Shown here: piece by piece, positions 1 through 15,000 of the stretch
Numbering within the stretch: the first letter of the stretch is position 1
Layout: every line of letters begins with the position of its first letter
Source: Eledone cirrhosa
Taxonomy: Eukaryota
Assembly: GCA_964016885.1 (NCBI GenBank)
Contig: OZ024748.1
Coordinates: forward strand, 36,084,001 to 36,148,000
Direction: 5' to 3'
DNA length: 64,000 nucleotides
Translations under genes and position numbers: made by a program
The notes under the pieces: generated by a model
What the model was told of the DNA's origin: nothing
The model's input: only the letters and a program-made list of their open reading frames with translations
Databases searched by the model: none

Positions 1-3000
1 TTATACTATATAGGAGTAAAGTTAGTTACTAATACATTACACTATAAAGGAGTACAAAAGTTAGTTACTAGTACATTATACTATAAATGAGTAAAGCTAG
101 TTACTAATGCATTACACTATAAAGGAGTAAAATTAGTTACTAATACATTACCCTATAAAGGAGTAAAGTTAGTTACTAATACATTACACTATAAAGGAGT
201 ACTAAAGTTAGTTACTAATACATTATACTATAAAGGAGTAAAGTTAGTTACTAATACATTACACTATAAAGGAGTACTAAAGTTAGTTACTAATACATTA
301 CACTATAAACGAGTAAAGTTAGTTACTAATACATTATACTATAAAGGAGTACTAAAGTTAGTTACTAATACATTATACTATAAAGGGATACTAATGTTAG
401 ATACTAATACGTTATACTATATAGGAGTAAAGTAAGTTACTAATACATGACACTATAAAGGGGTACCAAAGTTAGTTACTAATACATTATACTATAAATG
501 AGTAAAGCTATTTACTAATGCATTACACTATAAAGAACTAAAATTAGTTACTAATTCATTAGCCTATAAATGAGTATATTTAGTTACTAATACATTACAC
601 TATAAAGGAGTACTAAAGTTAGTTAATAAGACATTATACTATAAAGGATTATGTTAGTTACTAATACATTAAACTATAAAGGAGTAAAGTTAGTTACTAA
701 TACATTATACTATAAAGGAGTAAAGTTAGTTACTAATACATTATACTATAAAGGAGTAAAGTTAGTTACTAATACATTACACTATAAAGGAGTACTAAAG
801 TTAGTTACTAATACATTACACTATAAACGAGTAAAGTTAGTTACTAATACATTATACTATAAATGAGTAAAGTTAGTTACTTATACATTAAACAATAAAG
901 GAGTACTAAAGTTACTTACTATTACATTACACTATAAAAGAGTAAAGTTAGTTACTAATACATTATACTATAAAGGAGTAAAGTTAGTTACTAATACATA
1001 ATACTATAAAGGTGTAAAATTAGTTACTAATACATTAAACTATAAAGGAGTACTAAGGTTAGTTACTAATACATTATACTATAAAGGAGTAAAGTTAGTT
1101 ACTAATATATTACACTATAAAGGAGTACTAAAGTTAGTTACTAATACATTATACTATAAAGGAGTACTAAAGTTAGATACTAATACATTAAACTATAAAT
1201 GAGTAAAGTTAGTTACTAATACATTACACTATACAGGAGTACTAAAGTTAGTTACTAATACATTATACTATAAATGAGTAAATTAGTTACTAATGCATTA
1301 CACTATAAAGGAGTAAAATTAGTTACTAATACATTACCCTATAAAGGAGTAAAGTCAGTTACTAATACATTACACTATAAAGGAGTACTATAATTAGTTA
1401 CTAATACGTTAGACTATAAAGGAGTAAAGTTACTTACTAATACATTACACTATAAAGGATTAAAGTTAATTACAAATAAGTTACACTATAAAGTATTAAA
1501 GTTAGTTACTAATACATTAAACTGTAAAGGGGTAAAGTTAGTTACTAATACATTTCACTATAAATGAGTACTAAAATTAGTTACTATACATTATACTATA
1601 AAAGTGTAAAGTTAGTTACTAATACAGTAAACTATAAAGGAGTACTATAATTAGTTACTAATACGTTAGACTATAAAGGAGTAAAGTTACTTACTAATAC
1701 ATTGCACTATAAAGGATTAAAGTTAATTACAAATAAGTTACACTATAAAGTACTAAAGTTACTTACTAATACATTACACTATAAAGGAGTAAAGTTAGTT
1801 ACTAATACATTATACTATAAAGGAGTAAAGTTAGTTACTAATACATTACACTATAAAGGAGTAAAGTTAGTTACTAATACTTTAGACTGTAAAGTAGTAA
1901 CGTTAGTTACTAATACATTAAATTATGAAGGAGTAAATTTAATTACTAATACATTATGCTATAAAGGAGTAAAGTTAGTTACTAATACATTAAACTATAA
2001 AGGAGTAATAAAGTTACTTACTAATACATTACACTATAAAGGAGTAAATTTAGTTACTAATACATTATACTATAAAGGAGTAAAGTTAGTTACTAATGCA
2101 TTATACTATAAAGGAGTATAGTTAGTTACTAATACATTACACTATAAAGGAGTACTAAAGTGAGTTACTAATACGTTATACTATATAGGAGTAAAGTTAG
2201 TTACTAATACATTACACTATAAAGGGGTACAAAAGTTAGTTACTAATACATTATACTATAAATGAGTAAAGCTAGTTACTAATGCATTACACTATAATGG
2301 AGTAAAATTAGTTACTAATACTTTAGACTGTAAAGTAGTAACGTTAGTTACTAATACATTAAACTATAAAGGAGTAAATTTAATTAGTAATACATTATAC
2401 TATAAAGGAGTAAAGTTAGTTACTAATACATTAAACTATAAAGGAGTAATAAAGTTACTTACTAATACATTACACTATAAAGGAGTAAATTTAGTTACTA
2501 ATACATTATACTATAAAGGAGTAAAGTTAGTTACTAATACATTATACTATAAAGGAGTAAAGTTAGTTACTAATACATTACACTATAAAGGAGTACTAAA
2601 GTGAGTTACTAATACGTTATACTATATAGGAGTAAAGTTAGTTAGTAATACATTACACTATAAAGGAGTACAAAAGTTAGTTACTAATACATTATACTAT
2701 AAATGAGTAAAGCTAGTTACTAATGCATTACACTATAAAGGAGTAAAATTAGTAACTAATACATTACCCTATAAAGGAGTAAAGTTAGTTACTAATACAT
2801 TACACTATAAAGGAGTACTAAAGTTAGTTACTAATACATTATACTATAAAGGAGTAAAGTTAGTTACTAATACATTACACTATAAAGGAGTAAAGTTAGT
2901 TACTAATACATTACACTGTAAAGTAGTAAAGTTAGTTACTAATACATTATACTATAAAGGAGTAAAGTTAGTTACTAATACATTACACGATAAAGCAGTA

Positions 3001-6000
3001 CTAAAGTTAGTTACTAATACATTACACTATAAACGAGTAAAGTTAGTTACTAATACATTATACTATAAAGGTGTAAAGATAGTTACTAATACATTAAACA
3101 ATAAAGGAGTACTAGGTTACTTACTAATACATTACACTATAAAGGAGGAAAGTTAGTTACTAATACATTATACTATAAAGGAGTAAAGTTAGTTACTAAT
3201 ACATTATACTATAAAGGAGTAAAGTTAGTTACTAATATATTACACTATAAAGGAGTACTAAAGTTATTTACTAATACATTATACTAGAAAAAAATACTAA
3301 AGTTAGATACTAATACATTAAACTATAAATGAGTAAAGTTAGTTACTAATACATTACACTATACAGGAGTACTAAAGTTAGTTACTAATACATTATACTA
3401 TAAAGGAGTAAAGCTAGTTACTAATACATTATACTATAAAGGTGTAAAATTAGTTACTAATACATTAAACTATAAAGGAGTACTAAAGTTAGTTACTATT
3501 ACATTATACTATAAAGGAGTAAAGTTAGTTACTAATATATTACACTATAAAGGAGTACTAAAGTTAGTTACTAATACATTATACTATAAAGGAGTAAACT
3601 TAGTTACTAATACATTACACTATAAAGGAGTAAAGTTAGTTACTAATACTTTAGACTGTAAAGAAGTAAAGTTAGTTACTAATACATTAAACTATAAAGG
3701 AGTAAATTTAATTACTAATACATTATACTATAAAGGATTAAATTTAGTTACTAATACACTAAACTATAAAGGAGTAAATTTAGTTACTAATACATTATAC
3801 TATAAAGGAGTAAAGTTAGTTACTAATACATTATACTATAAAGGAGTAAAGCTAGTTACTAATACATTATACTATAAAGGTGTAAAATTAGTTACTAATA
3901 CATTAAATTATAAAGGAGTACTAAAGTTAGTTACTAATACATTATACTATAAAGGAGTACTAAAGTTAGATACTAATACATTAAACTATAAATGAGTAAA
4001 GTTAGTTACTAATACATTATACTATAAATGAGTAAATTAGTTACTAATGCATTACACTATAAAGGAGTAAAATTAGTTACTAATACATTACCATATAAAG
4101 GAGTAAAGTCAGTTATTAATACATTACACTATAAAGGAGTACTAAAATTAGTTACTAATACGTTAGACTATAAAGGAGTAAAGTTACTTACTAATACATT
4201 ACACTATAAAGGATTAAAGTTAATTACTAATACATTACACTATAAAGTATTAAAGTTAGTTACTAATACATTAAACTATAAAGGAGTAAAGTTAGTTACT
4301 AATACATTTCACTATAAATGAGTACTTAAATTAGTTACTATACATTATACTATAAAGGAGTAAAGTTAGTTACTAATACATTAAACTATAAAGGAGTACT
4401 AAAGTTACTTACTAATACATTACACTATAAAGGAGTAAAGTTATTTACTAATACATTACACTATAAAGGAGTTCTAAAGTTAGTTACTAATACATTATAC
4501 TATAAAGGAGTAAACTTAGTTACAAATACATTACACTATAAAGGATTAAAGTTAGTTACTAATACTTTAGACTGTAAAGTAGTAAAGTTAGTTACTAATA
4601 CATTAAACTATAAAGGAGTAAATTTAATTACTAATACATTATACTATAAAGGAGTAAAATTAGTTACTAATACATTAAACTATAAAGGAGTAATAAAGTT
4701 ACTTACTAATACATTAAACTATAAAGGAGTAAATTTAGTTACTAATACATTATACTATAAAGGAGTAAAGTTAGTTACTAATACATTACACTATACAGGA
4801 GTACTAAAGTTAGTTACTAATACATTATACTATAAAGGAGTAAAGCTAGTTACTAATACATTATACTATAAAGGTGTAAAATTAGTTACTAATACATTAA
4901 ACTATAAAGGAGTTCTAAAGTTAGTTACTAATACATTATACTATAAAGGAGTAAAGTTAGTTACTAATATATTACACTATAAAGGAGTACTAAAGTTAGT
5001 TACTAATACATTATACTATAAAGGAGTACTAAAGTTAGATACTAATACATTAAACTATAAATGAGTAAAGTTAGTTTCTAATACATTACACTATACAGGA
5101 GTACTAAAGTTAGTTACTGATACATTATACTATAAATGAGTAAATTAGTTACTAATGCATTACACTATAAAGGAGTAAAATTAGTTACTAATACATTACC
5201 CTATAAAGGAGTAAAGTCAGTTACTAATACATTACACTATAAAGGAGTACTATAATTAATTACTAATACGTTAGACTATAAAGGAGTAAAGTTACTTACT
5301 AATACATTACACTATAAAGGATTAAAGTTAATTACTAATACATTACACTATAAAGTATTAAAGTTAGTTACTAATACATTAAACTATAAAGGAGTAAAGT
5401 TAGTTACTAATACATTTCACTATAAATGAGTACTTAAATTAGTTACTATACATTATACTATAAAGGAGTAAAGTTAGTTACTAATACATTAAACTATAAA
5501 GGAGTACTAAAGTTACTTACTAATACATTACACTATAAAGGAGTTCTAAAGTTAGTTACTAATACATTATACTATAAAGGAGTAAACTTAGTTACTAATA
5601 CATTACACTATAAAGGAGTAAAGTTAGTTACTAATACTTTAGACTGTAAAGTAGTAACGTTAGTTACTAATACATTAAACTATAAAGGAGTAAATTTAAT
5701 TACTAATACATTATACTATAAAGGAGTAAATTTAGTTACTAATACATTAAACTATAAAGGAATAATAAAGTTACTTACTAATACATGAAACTATAAAGGA
5801 GTAAATTTAGTTACTAATACATTATACTATAAAGGAGTAAAGTTAGTTACTAATACTTTACACTATAAAGGAGTAAAGTTAGTTACTAATACATTACACT
5901 ATAAAGGAGTACTAAAGTGAGTTACTAATACGTTATACTATATAGGAGTAAAGTTAGTTACTAATACATTACACTATAAAGGAGTACAAAAGTTAGTTAC

Positions 6001-9000
6001 TAATATATTATACTATAAATGAGTAAAGCTAGTTACTAATGCATTACACTATAAAGGAGTAAAATTAGTTACTAATACATTACCCTATAAAGGAGTAAAG
6101 TTAGTTACTAATACATTACACTATAAAGGAGTACTAAAGTTAGTTACTAATACATTATACTATAAAGGAGTAAAGTTAGTTACTAATACATTACACTATA
6201 AAGGAGTAAAGTTAGTTACTAATACATTACACTGTAAAGTAGTAAAGTTAGTTACTAATACATTATACTATAAAGGAGTAAAGTTAGTTACTAATACATT
6301 ACACTATAAAGCAGTACTAAAGTTAGTTACTAATACATTACACTATAAACGAGTAAAGGTAGTTACTAATACATTATACTATAAAGGTGTAAAGATAGTT
6401 ACTAGTACATTAAACAATAAAGGAGTTCTAGGTTACTTACTAATACATTACACTATAAAGGAGGAAAGTTAGTTACTAATACATTATACCATAAAGGAGT
6501 AAAGTTAGTTACTAATACATTATACTATAAGGAGTAAAGTTAGTTACTAATATAATACACTATAAAGGAGTACTAAAGTTAGTTACTAATACATTATACT
6601 ATAAAAGACTACTAAAGTTAGTTACTAATACATTATACTATAAAGGAGTAAAGTTAGTTACTAATACATTACAATATACAGGAGTACTAAAGTTAGTTAC
6701 TAATACATTATACTATGAATGAGTAAAGTTAGTTACTAATGCATTACACTATAATGGAGTAAAATTAGTTACTAATACATTACCCTATAAAGGAGTAAAG
6801 TCAGTTACTAATACATTACAGTATAAAGGAGTACTAAAATTAGTTATTAATACATCATACTATAAAGGAGTAAAGTTAATTACTAATACATTAAACTATA
6901 AAGGAGTAAATTTAATTACTAATACATTATACTATAAAGGAGAAAAATTAGTTACTAATATATTATACTATAAAGTAGTAAATTAGTTACTAATACATTA
7001 CAATATAAAGGAGTAAAGTTAGTTACTAATACATTACACTATAAATGAGTACTAATATTAGTTACTAATACATTATGCTGTAAAGATGTAAAGTTAGTTA
7101 CTGATATATTACACTATAAAGGAATACTAAATTTAGTTACTAATACATTATACTATAAATGTGTAAAGTTAGTTACTAAAACATTACACTATAAAGGAGT
7201 ACTAAAGTTAGTTATTAATACACTATACTATAAAGGAGTAAATTTAGTTACTAATACATTAAACTATAAAGGAGTACTAAAATTAGTTACTAATACATTA
7301 TACTATAAATGAGTACTAAAGTTAGTTACTAATACGTTATACTATATAGGAGTAAAGTTAGTTACTAATACATTACACTATAAAGGCGTAATAAAGTTAG
7401 TTACTAATACATTATACTATAAATGAGTAAAGTTAGTTACTAATACATTACACTATAAAGGTGTACTAAAGTTAGTTACTAATACATTATACTATAAAGG
7501 AGTAAAGTTAGTTACTAATACATTACACTATAAAGTAGTAAAGTTAGTTACTTATACATTATATCATAAAGGAGTAAAGTTAGTTACTAAAATATTACTC
7601 TATAAAGGAGTACTTAAGTTAGTTACTAATACATCATATTATAAAAGAGGAAAGTTAGTTACTAGTACATTACACTATAAAGGAGTAACGTTAGTTACTT
7701 ATACATTATACTATAAAGGAGTAAGTTTAGTTACTAATATATTACTCTATAAAGGAATAAAGTTAGTTACTAATACATTACACTATAAACGAGTAAAGTT
7801 AGTTACTAATACATTACACATAAAGGAGTAAAGTTTGTTACTAATACAATACACTATAAAGTAGTAAATTTAGTTACTAATACATTATACTATAAAGGAG
7901 TACTAAAGTTACTTACTAATACATTACACTATAAAGGAGTAAAGTTAGTTACTAATACATTATATTATAAAGGAGTAAAGTTAGTTACTAATACATTATA
8001 CTATAAAGGAGTAAAGTTAGTTACTAATACATTAAATTATAAAGGAGTACTAAAGTTACTTACTAATACATTACACTATAAAGGAGTACTACAGTGAGTT
8101 ACTAATACGTTATACTATATGGGAGTAAAGTTAGTTACTAATACATTCCACTGTAAAGGGGTACTAAAGTTAGTTACTAATACATTATACTATAAATGAG
8201 TAAAGCTAGTTACTAATGTATTACACTATAAAGGAGTAAAATTAGTTAGTAATACATTATCCTATAAAGGAGTGAAGGTAGTTACTAATACATTACACTA
8301 TAAAGGAGTTCTAAAGTTAGTTAATAATACATTATACTATAAGGGAGTTATGTTAGTTACTAATACATTACACTATAAAGGAGAAAAGTTAGTTACTATA
8401 CATTATACTATAAAAGAGTAAAGTTAGTTACTAATACATTACACTATAAAGGAGTACTTAAGTTAGTTACTAATACATTATACTATAAAGGAGTAAAGTT
8501 AGTTACTAATACATTACACTATAAAGGAGTAAATTAGTTACTAATACATTATACTATAAAGGAGTAAAGTTAGTTACTAATACAGTACACTATAAAGGAG
8601 TAAAGTTAGTTACTAATACATTACACTATAAGGATTAAAGTTAGTTACTAATACATTACACAATAAATGAGTACTAATATTAGTTACTAATACATTATAC
8701 TATAAAGGTGTAAAGTTAGTTACTAATATATTACACTATAAAGGAGTACTAAAGTTAGTTACTAATACATTATACTATAAATGTGTAAAGTTAGTTACTA
8801 AAACATTACACTATAAAGGAGTACTAAAGTTAGTTATTAACACACTATACTATAAAGGATTAAAGTTAGTTACTAATACATTAAACTATAAAGGAGTACT
8901 AAAATTAGTTACTAATACATTATACTATAAAGAGTAAAGTTAGTTACTAATACATTACTCTATAAAGGCGTCCTAAAGTTAGTTACGAATACATTATACT

Positions 9001-12000
9001 ATAAAGGAGTAAATTTAGTTACTAATACATTACACTATAAAGGAATAAAGTTAGTTACTAATACATTACACCAAAAAGGAGTAAAGTTAGTTACTAGTAC
9101 ATTACCCTATAAATGAGTACTAAAGTTAGTTACTAATACATTACACTATAAAGGAGTAAAGTTCGTTACTAATACATTATACTATAATGGAGTAAATTTA
9201 GTTACTAATACATTACACTATAAAGGCGTAATAAAGTTAGTTACTAATACATTATACTATAAAGGAGTAAAGTTAGTTCCTAATACATTACACTATAAAG
9301 GTGTACTAAAGTTAGTTACTAATACATTATACTATAAAGGAGAAAAGTTAGTTACTAATACATTACACTATAAAGTAGTAAAGTTAGTTACTTATACATT
9401 ATATCATAAAGGAGTAAAGTCAGTTACTAAAACATTACACTATAAAGGAGTACTTAAGTTAGTTACTAATACATCATATTATAAAAGAGTAAAGTTAGTT
9501 ACTAGTACATTACACTATAAAGGAGTAACGTTAGTTACATATACATTATACTATAAAGGAGTAAATTTAGTTACTAATACATTACACTATAAAGGAATAA
9601 ATTTAGTTACTAATACATTATACTATAAAGGAGTAAATTTAGTTACTAATACATGACACTATAAAGAAGTAAATTAGTTACTAATACATTATATTAGAAA
9701 GGAGTAAAGTTAGTTACTTATACATTACACTATAAAGGAATAAAGTTAGTTATTAATACATAACACCAAAAAGGAGTAAAGTTAGTTACGAATACATTAC
9801 ACTATAAATGAGTACTAAAGTTAGTTACTAATACAGTATACTATAAAGGATTAAAGTTCGTTACTAATACATTCTACTGTAAAGATTAAAGTCAGTTACT
9901 AATACATTATACTATAAAGAGTAAAGTTACTAATACTAAATTTAGTTACTAATACACTATACTATGAAGGAGTAAAGTTAGTTACTAAAACATTAAATTA
10001 TAAAGGAGTACTAAAATTAGTTACTAATACATTATACTATAAAGAGTAAAGTTAGTTACTAATACATTACACTATAAAGAAGTACTAAAATTAGTTACTA
10101 GTACATTATACTATAAAGGATTAAAGTTAGTTACTAATACATTACACTATAAAGGTTTACTAAAGTTAGTTACTAATACATTATACTATAAAGTAGTAAA
10201 GTTTGTTACTAATACATTACACTATAAAGTAGTAATGTTAGTTACTAATACATTATACTATAAAGGAGTAAATTTAGTTACTAATACATTACACAAATAA
10301 AGGAGTACTTAAGTTAGTTACTGATACATCATACTATAAAAGAGTAAAGTTAGTTAATAATACATTACACTATAAAGGAGTAAAGTAAGTTACTAATTCA
10401 TTATACAATAAAGGAGTAAAATTAGTTACTAATACATTACACTATAAAGGAGTACTAAAATTAGTTAATAATACATTATACTATAAAGGAGTAAAGTTAG
10501 TTACTAATACATTACACTATAAAGGAGCAAACATTATTTACTCATACATTACACTATAAATGAGTAAAGTTAGTTACTAATACATTATACTATAAAGGAT
10601 TTAATTTAGTTACTAATATATTACACTATAAAGGAATGAAGTTAGTTACTAATACATTACACTATAAACGAGTAAAGTTAGTTACTAATACATTGCACCA
10701 TAAAGGAGTAAAGTTTGTTACTAATACAATACACTATAAAGTAGTAAATTTAGTTACTAATACATTATACTATAAAGGAGTACTAAAGTTACTTACTAAT
10801 ACATTACACTATAAAGGAGTAAAGTTAGTTACTAATACATTATACTATAAAGGAGTAAAGTTAGTTACTAATACATTATACTATAAAGGAGTAAAGTTAG
10901 TTACTAATACATTAAATTATAAAGGAGTACTAAAGTTACTTACTAATACATTACACAATAAAGGAGTACTACAGTGAGTTACTAATACGTTATACTATAT
11001 GGGAGTAAAATTAGTTACTAATACATTACACTATAAAGGAGTACTAAAATTAGTTAATAATACATTATTCTATAAATGAGTAAAGCTAGTTACTAATGTA
11101 TTACACCATAAAGGAGTAAAATTAGTTAGTAATACATTACCCTATAAAGGAGTGAAGTTAGTTACTAAGACATTACACTATAAAGGAGTTCTAAAGTTAG
11201 TTAATAATACATTATACTATAAAGGAGTTATGTTAGTTACTAATACATTACACTATAAAGGAGAAAAGTTAGTTACTATACATTATACTATAAAAGAGTA
11301 AAGTTAGTTACTAATACATTACACTATAAAGGAGTACTTAAGTTAGTTACTAATACATTATACTATAAAGGAGTAAAGTTAGTTACTAATACATTACACT
11401 ATAAAGGAGTAAATTTAGTTACTAATACATTACACTGTAATGTAGTAAAGTTACTTACTAATACATTATACTATAAAGGAGTTAAGTTAGTTTCTAATAC
11501 GTTACACTATAAAGGAGTAAATTAGTTACTAATACATTATACTATAAAGGAGTAAAGTTAGTTACTAATACATTACACTATAAAGGAGTAAAGTTAGTTA
11601 CTAATACATTACACTATAAGGATTAAAGTTAGTTACTAATACATTACTCTATAAATGAGTACTAAAATTAGTTACTAATACATTATACTATAAAGGTGTA
11701 AAGTTAGTTACTAATATATTACACTATAAAGGAGTACTAAAGTTAGTTACTAATACATTATACTATAAATGTGTAAAGTTAGTTACTAAAACATTACACT
11801 ATAAAGGAGTACTAAAGTTAGTTATTAATACACTATACTATAAAGGATTAAAGTTAGTTACTAATACATTAAACTATAAAGGAGTACTAAAATTAGTTAC
11901 TAATACATTATACTATAAAGAATAAAGTTAGTTCCTAATACATTACTCTATAAAGGCGTCCTAAAGTTAGTTACTAATACATTATACTATAAAGTAATAA

Positions 12001-15000
12001 AGTTAGTTACTAATACATTACACTATAAAGGAGTAAAGTTAGTTACTAGTACATTACACTATAAAGGAGTAAAGTTAGTTACTAATACATTATACTATAA
12101 AGGAGTAAATTTAGTTACGAATACATTACACTATAAAGGAATAAAGTTAGTTACTAATACATTACACCAAAAAGGAGTAAAGTTAGTTACTAGTACATTA
12201 CCCTATAAATGAGTACTAAAGTTAGTTACTAATACATTACACTATAAAGGAGTACTAAAGTTACTTACTAATACATTACACTATAAAGGAGTACTAAAGT
12301 GAGTTACTGATACGTTATACTATATAGGAGTAAATTTAGTTACTAATACATTACACTATAAAGGAGTACTAAAGTTGGTTAATAATACATTATACTATAA
12401 ACGAGTAAAGTTAATTACTAATACATTAAACTATAAAGGAGTAAATTTAATTACTCATACATTATACTATAAAGGAGAAAAATCAGTTACTAATATATTA
12501 CACTATAAAGTAGTAAAGTTAGTTACTAATACGTTATACTATAAAGGAGTAAAGTTAGTTACTAATGCATTAAACTATAAAGGAGTACTAAAGTTACTTA
12601 CTAATACATTACACTATAAAGGAGTACTAAAGTGAGTTACTAATACGTTATACTATATAGGAGTAAAGTTAGTTACTAATAAATTACTCTATAAAGGAGT
12701 ACTAAAGTGAGTTACTGATACGTTATACTATATAGGAGTAAAGTTAGTTACTAATACATTACACTATAAAGGAGTACTAAAGTTGGTTACTAATACATTA
12801 TACTATAAACGAGTAAAGTTAATTACTAATACATTACACTATAAAGGAGTAAATTTAGTTACTAATACATTACACTGTAATGTAGTAAAGTTAGTTACTA
12901 ATACATTATACTATAAAGGAGTTAAGTTAGTTACTAATACATTACACTATAAAGGAGTAAATTAGTTACTAATACATTATACTATAAAGGAGTAAAGTTA
13001 GTTACTAATACATTACACTATAAAGGAGTAAAGTTAGTTACTAATACATTACACTATAAGGATTAAAGTTAGTTACTAATACATTACACTATAAATGAGT
13101 ACTAAAATTAGTTACTAATACATTATACTATAAAGGTGTAAAGTTAGTTACTAATATATTACACTATAAAGGAGTACTAAAATTAGTTACTAATACATTA
13201 TACTATAAAGAATAAAGTTAGTTACTAATACATTACTCTATAAAGGCGTCCTAAAGTTAGTTACTAATACATTATACTATAAAGTAATAAAGTTAGTTAC
13301 TAATACATTACACTATAAAGGTGTACTAAAGTTAGTTACTAATACATTATACTATAAAGGAGTAAAGTTAGTTACTAGTACATTACCCTATAAAGGAGTA
13401 AAGTTAGTTACTAATACATTACACCAAAAAGGAGTAAAGTTAGTTACTAGTACATTACCCTATAAATGAGTACTAAAGTTAGTTACTAATACATTACACT
13501 ATAAAAGAGTACTAAAGTTACTTACGAATACATTACACTATAAAGGAGTACTAAAGTGAGTTACTGATACGTTATACTATATAGTAGTAAAGTTAGTTAC
13601 TAATACATTACACTATAAAGGAGTACTAAAGTTGATTACTAATACATTATACTATAAACGAGTAAAGTTAATTACTAATACATTAAACTATAAAGGAGTA
13701 AATTTAATTACTCAGACATTATACTATAAAGGAGAAAAATTAGTTACTAATATATTACACTATAAAGTAGTAAAGTTAGTTACTAATACGTTATACTATA
13801 AAGGAGTAAAGTTAGTTACTCATGCATTAAACTATAAAGGAGTACTAAAGTTACTTACTAATACATTACACTATAAAGGAGTACTAAAGTGAGTTACTAA
13901 TACGTTATACTATATAGGAGTAAAGTTAGTTACTAATAAATTACTCTATAAAGGAGTACTAAAGTTAGTTACTAATACATTAAACTATAAATTAGTAAAA
14001 CTAGTTACTAATGCATTACACTATAAAGGAGTAAAATTAGTTACTAATACATTACCCTATAAAGGAGTAAAGTTAGTTACTAATACATTACACTATAAAG
14101 CAGTACTAAAGTTAGTTACTAATACATTACACTATAAACGAGTAAAGTTAGTTACTAATAAATTATACTATAAAGGTGTAAAGTTAGTTACTAATACATT
14201 AAACAATAAAGGAGTACTAAGTTACTTACTAATACATTACACTATAAAGGAGGAAAGTTAGTTACTAATACATTACACTATAAAGGAGTAAAGTTAGTTA
14301 CTAATACATTATACTATAAGGATTAAAGTTAGTTACTAATACATTACACTATAAATGAGTACTAAAATTAGTTACTAATACATTATACTATAAAGGTGTA
14401 AAGTTAGTTACTAATACATTACACTATACAGGAGTACTAAAGTTAGTTACTAATACATTATACTATAAATGTGTAAAGTTAGTTACTAAAACATTACACT
14501 ATAAAGGAGTACTAAAGTTAGTTATTAATACACTATACTATAAAGGATTAAAGTTAGTTACTAATACATTAAACTATAAAGGAGTATTAAAATTAGTTAC
14601 TAATACATTATACTATAAAGAATAAAGTTAGTTACTAATACATTACTCTATAAAGGCGTCCTGAAGTTAGTTACTAATACATTATACTATAAAGGAATAA
14701 AGTTAGTTACTAATACATTACACTATAAAGGTGTACTAAAGTTAGTTACTAATACATTATACTATAAAGGAGTAAAGTTAGTTACTAATACATTATACTA
14801 TAAAGGAGTAAATTTAGTTACTAATACATTACACTATAAAGGAATAAAGTTAGTTACTAATACATTACACCAAAAGGAGTAAAGTTAGTTACTAGTACAT
14901 TACCCTATAAATGAGTTCTAAAGTTAGTTACTGATACATTACACTATAAAGGAGTAAAGTTCGTTACTAATAAATTATACTATAAAGGAGTAAATTTAGT